62,939 nt of DNA, filler included, from Asterionella formosa (GCA_002256025.1; 14 parts of 14 records of this genome joined end to end with filler, not necessarily neighbours in it); one strand, 5' to 3'; counted from the whole stretch's first letter, positions 22,455 through 36,067 are shown. The notes: generated by a model not told the origin, from the letters alone. Made by a program: numbers and translations.

Positions 22455-23869
22455 NNNNNNNNNNNNNNNNNNNNNNNNNNNNNNNNNNNNNNNNNNNNTT
22501 AATTAATTAANNNNNNNNNNNNNNNNNNNNNNNNNNNNNNNNNNNNNNNNNNNNTTCACTTCGTTCCTTGCTGATATTATGATCCCAGAAAATAACAAGC
22601 TGCTGAAAAAACAATGTTCTGTACAAAAATATATCATACTTGGTACCAGGTACCGGTAGGAGTACTCCTTGGTATCATTTTTTTAGAGGATTTACCGGTA
22701 ATCTGGTACTGGTACTATGTAGAGACGATGATTTTGTTGATTCAAAAAAGAGCAAGAAGACATTCATTTTGCTGTTGCTTCTCAAGTCTGATTCTGGTAC
22801 CGGTACCCCTGGTGCTGGTACAGTAGGAGGTGGTTGATGGTGTGGCTGTGCGGCACCGGATCTGTCGTCTGGCCTGTTGCTCGGGAATATGTGCGATACC
22901 AGTAGATATATATATATATGTCTACCGGTAGCTGGTTGCAACCTGACGCTCAATACCGGTAATTGGATACGTTGCCTGAGTATAGAGTTGTTCTGCATTT
23001 AATAATCAAGAGTAAAACTTTTTGATGTGCACACAAAATTAACGCAATATTTGTTCTTTTTATGGCTGGGTGGACGAAGACTACTGGTAAAGTTTGGGTA
23101 GACAAAGTAGAGCTGGTATGTTATTTTTTTAGCTTTCGGTTGGATGCAGACTCTATCATGTCATTTCACTTGCTTCATTCCATCTGACAATGGTGGTGAA
23201 TATCTCCAGATCTACTTTGTCTCCCATGTGCACCGCTAGCTGTATCTGACCATTTTGACCATCATGAGCCAAAGAGACATTGGTGCACACGGCAAACAAT
23301 GCACCCACCATCTGTTTATATTGACTTGTTTCAAGGTTGGTGCCATAAGCAAACATGTGCTTCATGATCACTGGCTACCAGCAGACCAATTGCAGTTATA
23401 CATACTCCAGAAATACTCAATTGAGGATGAAGCATAGTTTAATTTAGCTTCGATGATAAGGGTGGTCAACAAGGTGCTTCCTCTCATGAGTTGTGCACCA
23501 AACATTGTTCTAGAGATTCAAGGTGGCCAACAAGTGCAAGTATACAGGCATTCCTTCCAAAATCGGAAATGTCGCTATCTCTTCTTTGTCACCACCAAAT
23601 TGAAATCCGTTCCTGCTCTCCCTTCACATTTGAAAGTGTCATCAGCCGTGGGAGCAAGATTGGTGTGTATTGACAAGGCTTTGAGCAGGCAGTCAGAGAG
23701 TACTAAGCCATTGTCAATGAAAATTTCTAAACAAGAAAAAATAGTGATGGATGATGCTATCAACAATGACAATGGAGATGGATTGGAAGAGCCAAAAAGA
23801 GAAAGAGGGGGAGCAATGAACCAGAACCAATTATATTAAGTCCTGCTAAACATCATCAGATGAAAACAG

Positions 23870-25420
23870 ACATCTGCAAAAAAACTATCATATTTCCATG
23901 ATGCATCATTGGATTTTCATCATCTGATATAATTTTTTGTTATATCATCTAATAATTTTGATAAATTCCCTTGTATTTTAAATAGTAAACCTTTTGACTA
24001 CGTGTATTTAATAATAAATTATTATATGCATTGTTTCTATTTGATTCCTGTATTTGAATTTCATGGTAGGATAATGTACCAGCTAAAGTAAGCAATGTAA
24101 TTTGGCTCGTCATTTCCATCCATCATCACTTCGATTTTTGCAACAACAACGAAATAATACCGGTAGTGCTTAGCGATGATAAGTGGAATGATTGTTTGCG
24201 ATAACGTCTTCAATTGTTGGTCAAGTGTTCATTATATCTTTGATTAGTCGTCATGTGCAGTGAACCTATGTTCATAATCATTCAATTAAGCACACAGCGC
24301 ACATAGTAAATCCGTTTCGTTGACCACCAGCATTACAATCTCGCCAATCAGCTTGTGAGCAAACACATTCTATTTGTTCTTGTTGACATTTTCAATTCTC
24401 ACATGATACTACATCAACAATTGAGATTCAACATAGAAGGAGATACGAAAATGTAACAGACTGCTGTCCACATAGTTATAGCTATAGAATGATTCTGATT
24501 ACAATTTCTTTTTCATATCGCTCGTTTCCGCAATTGGGATACTGTACTTTATTCACTGTAGAACTTGTCCGCATCTTTGTTACCATCAATAGAGCGACAA
24601 GTGACTCTCTTCATTGTTGTTTGCTCATGATGGAAAACCCGCCTGGTATCGGTATCATAAACAATATGGGTACGAATGTCCTTCATCATTATCATTGTGG
24701 TTTGCTGTAGGAAAAATTTGATGTCCGTATTGTCATTTGCTTGCTTGTTTGAACTGTCCATTGCCTCAAACCTGCTAAGCGTGTGTGTACACACACTGTT
24801 GACTTGTTTTCATTGGTATGTTGTTCTTGTATTCACTGTTTGAACTTGTCCGCATCTTTGTTACCATCAATAGAGCGACAAGTGGCTCTCTTCATTGTTG
24901 TTTGCTCCTGGAAAAGTCGGTGTCCGCGTCATCCTCATCAACAGAGGGACAGGTGTCCTTCATCATTGTGGTTTGTTGCTGGAAAAATTGGTACCCATAT
25001 CGTCATTCGCTCGTTGGAACCACTGTCTGTTGCCTCAAACCTGCTTAGCCTGTGTGTACGTACACTGTCGACTTGTGTACATTACAGCAGTGACTTAGCT
25101 ACTAAAGTGCGTGTTGTAATATCATACTCTGTAGTACGATGCAGAATACAGTTCCCAATCAACATAAATAAATGATTGATAAGATGATAATGTGATATTT
25201 CAATAGGGTTAATTCGATGCATACATCACCAATATGTGATACGTAATATTGAATAATGTTTATCACATAGCTATGATACATTGATCATAGAACTATGATG
25301 ATTTCTTGAAATTTTTATGATATATTTTTAATCAAAATATGATCATGTTAAAATAAAACAAAAATAATAAAATACGATAGAATATTTACACAAGTGTTAT
25401 GAACAAGATAGAATGAAAAT
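23870..25420. repeat. Unclassified interspersed repeat Y (about 1.5 kb, with internal degenerate subrepeats)
   Basis: Reverse complement of about 33470-34980. Confidence 0.85.
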
Positions 25421-27063
25421 GAATTAATAATAATAAATTTGGCATCACTCCAAACATGCTGTGCTGGACAATACAGAGTCGTGAAATTATCACTCCACCA
25501 TTGCAGTAAAAATGGAGGAATACCGCTACATATAGTAAAGGCGGCGCTACTAGTAGTATAGAGCAGCGTCAATGTTTTCCTAACATCTATGATATGGTTT
25601 GCATTGTAGTAGTGTAGAAGTCTCACACTAACTATATTTATTATATAGCTACTAAGTATGCATTGGATTCTATTTGATCCATTCAAAAAACGTAGTCATC
25701 AATGTCCTGTTGATTAATGCGTTCATTGTCATCAATTTTTCTTTTCAGGAACATTTGGTTGAAGTGGCTGGCTCAACATATTGATCTTAAAATCAGCTGT
25801 TGCTACAATGAAATGAATCATCAGCCAATAAATATAATTTTTTTACGCTGTCAAGATATGATACCATAAGACCAACAGTAAAATCAATCAATATGTGAAC
25901 AATTTAATTTACCATTCTGGTTTCGTAAAATTTAATACTAAGTCTATAGGAGCAATAATGTTATATTGTGTTCAAATTAAGCGTTGAAGATTTTAGCTTA
26001 AACCATGCATGGTTTTTTTATGACCACATATGTATGAAGGCTACACAGCTGGAATATCCATTAAGCATCATCACATACACCATGACCAGAGCAAAAACTT
26101 GCTACCAACAGCAGGAGATATATAATGATATCATTGATTATTCAAAGAATTGGACAACGCGACTACATGAATCCCATGAGAAGACAAGTAATCATCCAAC
26201 AACCTACCGCATCCATTTGACAATGAATCGCTACTGGTGTCATCAATGAACTCATTTCGATTTAGACTGGGCATAGTGAAAGTGAATTCCTGTAGTCTGT
26301 TTTCAGGCAACGAACAAAAACGAGGTGAATACTAGATATATTTTAATCAAATCTGTTGAGTATTGCTATAAAATGGTTTTCTTTAAGTAGACCCCTTGCC
26401 GATTTCGGCAATTCCAGCGCCGGAAAACCGAGGGGCAATTGGCGTGAATTGTCTTCCGAAATGCGAACATACGAAATATAAAAAATATATTTGAATGAAG
26501 GGCAATATCAGACCTTCGGCTAGATTCTATGTACGAAATATTTTTTAATATCATGGGCTATAGTAAGCTAAAAATGACATTTATGCATTATTTGTTGGCA
26601 TTAGGCAAGCGAATGGCGCGACGATACCTAGTTTGTGAATTGCCTCAACAAGAACCCTTCTCGATGGCTACTTGCCTTCTCGTAGGGGGCCAATCATACA
26701 TACGGTGAACGTACTCGCGCCACCCAGGCTCGAACACATGTATACACTCGCAGGCAAGATGGTCGGGCGTGTCTTGCCTTCAGCAATCAGAATCGAAGAA
26801 TTGAAAATACGGTATTGCTTACCACGCAATTCAATATCATAGAGGCAATACCACAGTCTACACGAAGCTGGAGGAAACAGCAAGCAGAGGAACAACAAAG
26901 GGCAGAACACGGCAATTGTAAACTCTCATTTCAATAGCCTCGATATACGATTGCCATTGCCCANNNNNNNNNNNNNNNNNNNNNNNNNNNNNNNNNNNNN
27001 NNNNNNNTTAATTAATTAANNNNNNNNNNNNNNNNNNNNNNNNNNNNNNNNNNNNNNNNNNNN

Positions 27064-28197
27064 AAGAAGATGACAACAATGAAGGTGTGAGTGAGCATTA
27101 TGATAGTCAGTTTACAATGATGGGCACTTTGGCATATGAAACTGGAAACAATGGTGTGCTTACCTGGGGAAGTTTGGAGGCAAATACAAACACAACGAAA
27201 ACAAACAAGGAGGACATGAGTAGTACAACTATACAACTGTTGGTGGACGGCCCAAAGGTGCCACCATTGCTGCCACCATTAGCAACAAACCCCAGATGCA
27301 AAATGCATTGATTGAAGCAACAGATGAGTACATGAATAAAATGCTAGACAGCAAAAATAACAACAAACGTACCTCCAAAGGAACAATTTCTTTGATCATT
27401 GATGCTGCCAAGGAAAGGAATGGAATACCTGCAAATTCTGCCACACCAAACAAGAAAGCAATTTATGAACAAGGATGGTATCCCCTGAACTATAATGTCT
27501 TGCTTCACCCTGAGATTCAACTAGTAACCCAACCACGACACAACAGAACATCAATGCGCCCACAGAGACTGCCACTCTCCCTCCTGATGAGTTAAACCTC
27601 CAAACTGGCTTTTCTGGAAAAATCGTTGGAAGAATTAACAAGTTTTGCAAATGCGAGGATGTGCGAAATGGAATCGACCGGGACGCCGCCCAAGCTAGTA
27701 GACAGAGAAGGGAGACAGCGGATTCACACATTGAGGGACACAAGAAGAGGATAACAGCAGGACTTCTGGCCTCTGCACAAACCTATACCCTTGGGCCAAA
27801 TATTCTTGCTGTTACCCTGGAACGGAAGTGAATTTCAGACATTGTCATTAGTACAAAAGAAACCAAGCAAAAGGCAACAAGAATTCAATACACTTCGCGG
27901 AAAAACACTTACATTGAAGGAATAGAACAGAACAAAACAAAAGAACAGATGTCTGTGCCAGAATTGAAATTAATGGTGCGTTGGTACAAACAATCAGGTG
28001 ATTTGCCGGTTCCACAAACAAGGCAAGCTCTGATTACAAGATTCGACGACACCAATCACCGTGGTGACCAGCAGCCGCCATTCCCTCTCCATGCACCTCC
28101 TATTGCTGTGGTTGTTGTTACTGCAACTCCTCCTGTTGCTATTCCCTCTCCTTCTACAACTGCTACTGCCGATCCACCATTCCGTGATGAAGTTTGA
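27064..28197 (+). pseudogene. Probable pogo/DDE_1-family transposase remnant (C-terminal part)
   Basis: NKKAIYE(R>Q)GWYPLNYNVLLHPEI and a basic/helical tail resemble stramenopile pogo-like transposases. The catalytic core is deleted and there are many stops. Confidence 0.5.
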
Positions 28198-28698
28198 GAC
28201 TCCGCAAGCAAGTAATTAGATGCAAAGAAGCTCGAGATTAATGTAATGCATCAGAAGAATTCTCCAACGATGATGCTGCCCTGCAAAAGTGTAAAACGTA
28301 AAGTAATAAGAAAATAATTTTTGTAGTATTAACGGAGTAAAAATAAACACGGTTTGGGGGGAAAATATATACATGTACAGATAGAAAAATATGCACTAAA
28401 AGCCACCGCTTTGCAATAATCTTAGTGACTTTGGAAAAATTATTTCTTCATGGCTAGACACTGAATTAAAACTGATTCCTTAATAGTATAGCAGATAGCA
28501 TTGTCTAACATAAGCTTTGTACTTGCGTCAAGTTTTGATCGTTGAATTACATAAATATTTTTAGTCGAGCGGTGGCTTACAGTTTTCAAGTGGTACCAGT
28601 GTTTCCATTCTATACTGTCAACATGCCGGAAATGAAGTGAACACAAGCAATGAATGTAGCTAAGGTAAAAAGTCATGCATGCTAGTAAATGTAATTAT

Positions 28699-30758
28699 TT
28701 AAATGCGAAGCTGTGGATGACTAGCACCAGTGCAACGAGCTCGCATCATTTGATTGACAATCTGTGTTATTGTTTTATCTTGACCATAGACCTCATATAT
28801 TTTGTCAATTGCAGTATGAGCAGTGAATCTAGCTCGAACTAAGGCAGCCACAGTATCCCACACAACCCGGCGCCGACAATACTGTACCTTGACTCTTCCC
28901 CTCTCAACCCTTGTAAATAGTCTAGCTGCCTTTCGTCCCCCAATTCCAACTTCGAATTCCTGCCAAAGAACAAATAGTGTCTTTGGTGCCTTGGAAAGGC
29001 TACTGACATAATTGCTACCTCCATCCTCCACATCCATCATGTCTGGATCAGCTGTAGCATCAATTTGTTCATTATTGCTTGCATTCCATACCACATTTGC
29101 GGTGCTGGCAGCTGCCGAAGTTTGGTTACCTGCTGCTAATCTTTGTGATGGCATCCGTGACATTCTTGAAAGGGTAGTTTGCATCTTTTTTATCTCCTTC
29201 ATAACTGTAACCTGGTTGTATCCCATTTGTGCCTGTAACTGTATCATTCCATGTTGTGTCTCCCTCTGCTGGGATTATAGCCCAAGGATCTCGTTTCGAC
29301 TATGCCCAGCAGCTCGATCTTGTTGTCCACCTCGTCCTTCACCTGTGGTTGTTGTTTTTGTTGTTCCACCAGCAGCCACACTATTGTCTACTGCAGCCTC
29401 CACATCAGCTCCAACCTCATCAATGTACACCTGCGCCTCTGAACCATTAACAACAATCAGTCGCCGCTCAACTGGATTATTGTTGTCGATGTTCTGCTGA
29501 AGAGGACATATGATTCATATGCAGCTTTAATCCGACGCGTTAGCGATTGAGGCAGGTAACCCTGCAGTGTAGGCTCAAACACTGCCCACAAAAGTGGAGA
29601 TGCCAGCACCAGTGCAACATCACGTGCATACTCAGTGCAAATATTTGGGACCATATACTGTAAAAGCCAGCTGTCTGACACTCCGTTTGATTCCTTTATG
29701 ACATATTTGCATGCTCCACCAATGCAAAGTGCTGCGGCCACCTTGGCATCAGGGTAGGGGAGCTCTACATCTATGTACGTATCCTCTTGCCTTGTATGTC
29801 TTTTCCAGCGTCCACGGAAGTCAATATCATCCCTGGAGCATCCATTTCTGCGTGCATGCGTCGACGGATATTTGCGGAGGCTGTGAGTTCCAATGAGACC
29901 TGTCACAACTTTCTCGAACTCACTCTTTGCCCAAACATCGTCTGGCAGGATCCAATATGCTCTGTTCTTTGCGTTTTGGGGGGAGTCAGTTTGAATATCG
30001 AAGACAAAGCGGCTGGTTTGCGAAACACTGCTTTCGATGGACGTTTCAAGGTGCACAGCCAAAGTAAGTAGAACACAGTAGATTGTAGACATTGAACCGA
30101 TAAGGACTTGCTTTGGTGCCTCACGCTCCTCTTTCACATTCTTTGACCAGCAGAGCTTAGCTGCCAATGTAAAGGGAAAGCGCCGGTTGCTTGTCAAATT
30201 TTCTTTCAAGAATTTGCAACAATCGTCAATGCGTCCAATCATGTGGAACTGGAAGGTGCATAGAGCAGGCATTTGAAATCGTCGTAGAATGTCAGGGTAT
30301 TTTCGTAATAAATTCAATGTCGAAGCAAACTCTTCTGCCTCTAGTGGTCGCACTGCTGATGTTTCCTTTCCTTGCTTTCGAACTTCCTTTTTCTTGACTG
30401 CTTTGATCAGGTCTATGATGGGTTGAGACTTTGTTGGGTTGCCGGAATTTGTCATGGGATTCCAGGAGGCAAGTCTGTAAGGAATGAAATATGACAAGGC
30501 CTTCTTGTAATATTCCAGGGAACTCGAACGTCCAAGTGTTGGATTGTCATCATGTCCAGGGTCAGGACGGCCATACACCTTGTTTGCCATCCATTTGTAT
30601 ACATCCTCAGGCATAATCTCACCTAGCTGCTCATCACTAAACTCATAGCCATTTTCATATGTTGTGCCATCTTTGTAGGACATCATAGACACTAGGATAC
30701 TCCTGTAGGCACTAACTTGCTGTGGCTCATTGACTCTTTTCATTGTGGTGTTCATCAT
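28699..30758 (-). pseudogene. Crypton tyrosine recombinase with C-terminal GCR1_C-like domain (one frameshift near 29510, one TAA near 29275)
   Basis: MIGRIDD, WSKNV.EER.AP.Q, GTHSLRK, RGRWK, DTYID; C-terminal LSK.PKTL..LWQEFE.GIGGRKAA..FT..ERGRVK..Y.RRR.VW. Confidence 0.9.
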
Positions 30759-30806
30759 AATCTCGTTATTTTAGTATTCACTCCCACCATCAATCATCAT
30801 GGTGAT

Positions 30807-31072
30807 GGGTTTAATTTTTAGCAGCGTAGAAGTACTGGAGTAGTATTAGCTAGTACTACATGTAGTACATTCCTACAAGGTTTAATTAAACCAAAAAATT
30901 AAACCCCCAGTTAAACCGGGTTTAATTTTTCTACTGGCAAATACTGTTGTCACACGGTTCTTCCACTAGTATTTTCAGATCAATACCGTGACGGTATTAA
31001 AATGACCCAGTAGACACATAGCAGAGGCCTACAGGAAAATACAACTTGGGTTTAATTTTACCAATTACGGTA
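30807..31072. mobile_element. Probable Tc2/pogo-like terminus with subterminal GGGTTTAATTTT repeats
   Basis: Ends GGGTTTAATTTTACCAATTACGG|TA. The motif occurs at 30807, 30918 and 31048 and inverted at 30895; palindrome GGTTTAATTAAACC at 30879-30892. Confidence 0.5.
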
Positions 31073-31641
31073 CGGTACATCTACAACGCCGATTACTGGT
31101 ACAGCCGCCACAAAAAAAACGCTAGTCAAATATGATCACCCAAATTAATTATTTGGGTGGCCCAATATGACGAATTTAGCTACGTACATAATTTAAGGGT
31201 ATGACATCACAAAAAAATATGATGCATCATACAATATATATGGACGGAGTGAACTTAAATAGTTTCGACAACTTCCATAATTATTTTAAAAACCCACATA
31301 ATTTTTGGGGCCAACTGACAATATTTTCTGGCGACACGAAGAAAAATTTGTTCAGTAATAATCTCTATAATACGGTACTTTTCTCGACAATTCGCAACAT
31401 TTCCGTTCACAAATATTCTTCACTCTGACTACCATTAATTCTGTTAGTTTGCTCCCATTTTATCTNNNNNNNNNNNNNNNNNNNNNNNNNNNNNNNNNNN
31501 NNNNNNNNNTTAATTAATTAANNNNNNNNNNNNNNNNNNNNNNNNNNNNNNNNNNNNNNNNNNNNTACATTTTTGCTCTTTTCTTGTACATAAAGTTCCT
31601 ACATCAACCTTCTGAATGAGTATCTGGGACTATGTCCAACT

Positions 31642-32150
31642 TTATGAAGCACACCATCCACCACTCGTAGGTCGGCAAGTTGTTTTACCACTCCTCACGT
31701 CAGCGGGTGCCACACAGCAGGTATACCCACCACCACATCTGTCGACATTTCTTCTACAATAACCCCAGTTGGGCACAGTCGCAGACGAAGCGCAATATGC
31801 AGCACTTGGGTTTGGTCGACAAGTGGCTTTGCCACTGGAAACATCAGCAGGTGCGACGCAGCAAACCCAATTATTAGCGCAAGTGCTGGATCCTCTTGTG
31901 CAGGTACTCCAGTTGGGAATGAGGGGTTGCGATTGTCCCACAATCTACAGTCAAATGCAGAACACACGACATTGTTAGGAAACCTGGAGCAGCAAATGTC
32001 GGGGCATGGCTGGAATGCCGCCGAATTAGGTGGCTCAAAGTGATTTTGGTATTATCAGCTACTTACTTGCTTTACTGCTTCGACAGCATTTATTGACACC
32101 GAAGCCAAGAGGACTACAAAAAGGACCGTTTTGGTCAGGAAGGTGGGCAT
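31642..32150 (-). CDS. Small secreted protein (128 aa) with two 6-Cys knottin-like repeats; exons 32150-32067 and 31944-31642
   Basis: Signal peptide MPTFLTKTVLFVVLLASVSINAVEA. A 122-bp phase-0 intron (GTAAGT...CTAAC...TGTAG) joins in frame to two C-x6-C-x5-CC-x12-C-x7/8-C repeats. Confidence 0.82.
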
Positions 32151-32338
32151 CTTGTTGGTGTAGAAACGACGTTATGAAAATAGCTAAGCAATGACTGATT
32201 CAATTAAACCTTGCAATGCAGGGTTTTTGATTTTATGAGTCGCAGCAGGTTGATTCTGCAAACAAGTCATGACTCGAGTCATCTCGAAGGTTTCGCTTGC
32301 ATACATACAACATGTCGTCTACCGGTATTTCCTCTGTC

Positions 32339-32624
32339 TGAGTCATGATGTGAGTCGTGAAAGAGGAATATGATTAAATTAAGAACAATGTCATGCATAT
32401 ATATAATTTTATCACTATGATGATATTCTTGAGTCATGTAAACGTGCACATAAAAAATATATATGATTTGTGCATATTTGTAGTATAATTTGACTCATGT
32501 GGTACAAGCACAAGAGACTTCATGATTCAGCTGAGCGCACCCTGCCCTCAGCTGAATCATGAAGTCTCTGACTCATCTGACTCATCTGACTCATCTGAGC
32601 GCATGAGTCAGAGACTTCATGATT
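32339..32624. promoter_or_regulatory. Cluster of seven TGASTCA motifs and overlapping perfect inverted repeats upstream of the secreted peptide gene
   Basis: TGASTCA at 32339, 32430, 32491, 32569, 32578, 32587 and 32604. Inverted repeats at 32513-32535/32547-32569 and 32555-32576/32603-32624. Confidence 0.45.
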
Positions 32625-33469
32625 GACCTGTGAATTAATCTGTAAAAAAAATTGAAAAGATCTCAACTTCATAACACTATCGATGAATCAGTAGTACAAT
32701 CATACCGTTACAAAAGAAGCAGTGGTGGGAACCTCGCTCATGACGTGATGACCATTTTATGGCGTTGGTGATTGTTCCTATTTCGAGATATAGACTCTAT
32801 AGAATCTTTCCTTCTTTTCAATCTTAGCCACTATTGTATCGGCATACTTAATTATTTTTTCTGGAGTATTATGAACCTGTTCAAATTCATTTGATCTTTG
32901 AGTGTATTCAAAGGAATCTTTGATTGATTTCATAACTTTCTTCATCTTCTTTTCCGAAAACATAAAGTCGTGTATTGTAAACAATGGAAGTAAGTCTCGT
33001 TTCTTGTTTGACTGATCCTTTCCATGAAATCCGTGAAATGCCATTTGGAAAGTTGTCAAAGGGCCAGAAGACAATGATGTAAAACAGTGGAAGGGAAACG
33101 CGGAGCTTTTTGCCATGCTTGTGGAGGTGGAACTGGTGTGATGGTAACCGAGTGTAGTTATTGTTGAACAGAGCACAGTGTAATATGCATGTTCCGCCAG
33201 CGTAGTGTCTACACAATACATATACCAGTATATAGCTGTAACAAGGAAAGACGACAGGACAATGAACGTGATGGCTGGTTGTTGAGGATACCGTTATGTA
33301 ATATGCATCAATCCATATCACAAATCATATTATAGTGATGTCCATATCAACGCATCCGTATACTTAGATCTTATCAAATTTATAATACTATCATATTAAC
33401 TGTTGACTTTAACTGTATACATTAAACGACAAACATATATATTAGCTAATTAACATACTTTATGATTGC

Positions 33470-34980
33470 TTGATTTATTTTCTATGATGTCTTGGTAACA
33501 CTTGCATACATATTTTATCGTATTTTATTATCATTGTACTATTTTTACATAATCATATTTTGATCAAAATTATATAATTTAGATTTTGTAAAATCATCAT
33601 AGTTTTAGGATCAATGTATCATAGCTATGTGATGTACTTTATTCAATATTACGTATCATACTTTGGTGATGTATGCATCGATGTAACCCTATCATGATAT
33701 CACAGTGTCATCTTATCAATCATGATGAGATGATTGGGAAGCAACTGTATTCTGCATCGTGCTACAGGGTATATTATTATATCACGCAATTTAGTAGCGA
33801 AGTCACTCCGCCTGTAATGTACTAAAGTCGACAGTGCACATACCGGTACGCTAATCAGGTTTGAGGCAATGGACAGTGGTTCGAACGAGCAAATGATGAT
33901 ACCACAAGTACCAATTTTTCCAGCGAAAGAACTTGTCTCTCTATTGATGAGGATGACACAGACACCGACTTTTCCAGGAGCAAACAACAATGAATAAACC
34001 CACTTGTCACTCTATTGATGGTAACAAAGCAAGATGCGGAAAAGTTCAACAGTGAATACAAGAACAACATACCAATGAAAACAAGTCGACAGTGGCTGTG
34101 TGTACGCACACGCCAAGCAGGTTTGAGGCAACGGACTGTTCCAACAAGCAAATGACGATACAGATATCAAATTCTTCCTACGAGCAAACAACAATGAAAA
34201 GAGCCACTTGCTTTCGCTTTCTTGATGGTATCAAAGATGTGGAAAAGTTCAATAGTTAATTCAAGTACAGTATGCCAAATGCAGAAACGAGCGAGTGATA
34301 TGAAAATAAATGAATTCTAATCAGAATCATTCTATAACTATGGCTATGTGGACAGTAGTCTGTTACGCACATTTTCGTATCTCCTTCTATTCTGAATCTC
34401 AATAGTAGATGTAGTATCACGTGAGAATTGAAAATGTCAACGAGAACAAGTAGAATGTGTTTGTTTACGGGACAGGTTGATTGGCGAAATTGTCATGCTG
34501 GATTTGACGAAACGGATTTACTTTGTGCGCTGTGTGCGGAACCATTACGAGTTCGAATGATTTCTTCTCTCCTGTAAACTCTTAATTGAATGATTATGAA
34601 CAAAGGGTCACTGCACATGACGATTACTCGAAGATATAAAGATCACTTGACCAACAAATTGAAGACGTTATCGCAAACATTCATTCCGCTTGTCATCGCT
34701 AGTATTTCGTTGTTGTTGCAAAAATCGGAGTGATGACGGATGGAAATGACGAGCCAAATTACATTACTTGATCTGGTACATAATCCTACCAAGAAATTCG
34801 AAAAAAGGAATCAAATAGAAACAATACATATAATAATTAAATATATGTAGTCAAAAGGGTTACTATTTAAATTACAAAGGCATTTATCAAAATTATTAGA
34901 TGATATAACGAAAAATTATGATCAGATGATCACAATCCTTTGATGCATCATGGAAATATGATAGTCTTTATTTGCAGACG
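33470..34980. repeat. Unclassified interspersed repeat Y
   Basis: Reverse complement of about 23870-25420. Confidence 0.85.
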
Positions 34981-36067
34981 GATACAATCTCATTCTATAT
35001 AACTCCACAGTCAATTAAGATGTTCAACTTTATGGAAAGGTCTCATACTTGTAATGTTATGGAATATCCAGTACTATGAACCTATCATTTCCATTTCGTG
35101 TGTTTATGTTGCAACATCACATGATGACCATTTTATGGGGTTGGTGATTGTTCCAGGAATGAGATGTGGATACAATATCATTCTATATTACTCCTCAATC
35201 AATTAAGATGTTCAACTTTATGTAAAGGTCTCATGGTTGTAATGTTATGGAATATCCAGTAGTAGGTACCTATCATTTCAATTTTGTGTATTTATGCTGC
35301 AACTTGCCATGATGATTGACAATATGGCTGATATTTTGAATACTGGTACCTGGTACCATTATTAATTCTGGCAAGGGCGTACAAAGTCGATTACCGGTAC
35401 CCCCTGGTACCAGGGTACCAGTAGGTCTATGGTGGTGCAATGTGGTGCAGCGACAATATGACGTCAGCAAAAACTGCCTTAGTTAAAAATTTCTTATCGG
35501 TAGTAACCTATATATATGATAAAAAATGCTTGCAATACTTCATTAGTACCGATATGTCCCATTGGATGTATGTACTGGGTAGCCTACGCCGTTGGCTAGT
35601 AGTACAAAATACATATCTTACATGAATCTGATCGCGATCCTATGTAGAAAATATCACAACGGTAGTGCAGGCCGTAGCACGGATTTTATACTTGGGTAGT
35701 CTGATGGTGAAATTTTGGTGTCACTAAGTAATAGTGGTGCAATCGGTGGTGCAATTGTGGTGCAAATGCCAATGGGCAGTTGAATTTAGGAATAGTTTTC
35801 TCTTTTTCAACCCTGTTTGGGAAAAGTCCCGGTAGTCTACCGGTATATGATGGACGGAGGGAGAGGTGCGCATTAGTTTTGAAGGCATTTTTCGGAATTA
35901 ATAAATTAAAATTATTATACAAAATATGCACTATTATGGTCGTTTTGGACCTTTTTGGACTGCACANNNNNNNNNNNNNNNNNNNNNNNNNNNNNNNNNN
36001 NNNNNNNNNNTTAATTAATTAANNNNNNNNNNNNNNNNNNNNNNNNNNNNNNNNNNNNNNNNNNNNT

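Noticed and set aside
28345..28378. GGGGGGAAAATATATACATGTA as the right TIR of the pogo-like remnant
   Set aside because: No partner end in the contig and the terminal bases do not read TACGG; cannot be supported.
29457..30758. Tyrosine recombinase as a prophage or integron integrase
   Set aside because: The GCR1_C-like tail and eukaryotic surroundings indicate a Crypton; no phage genes or cassettes.
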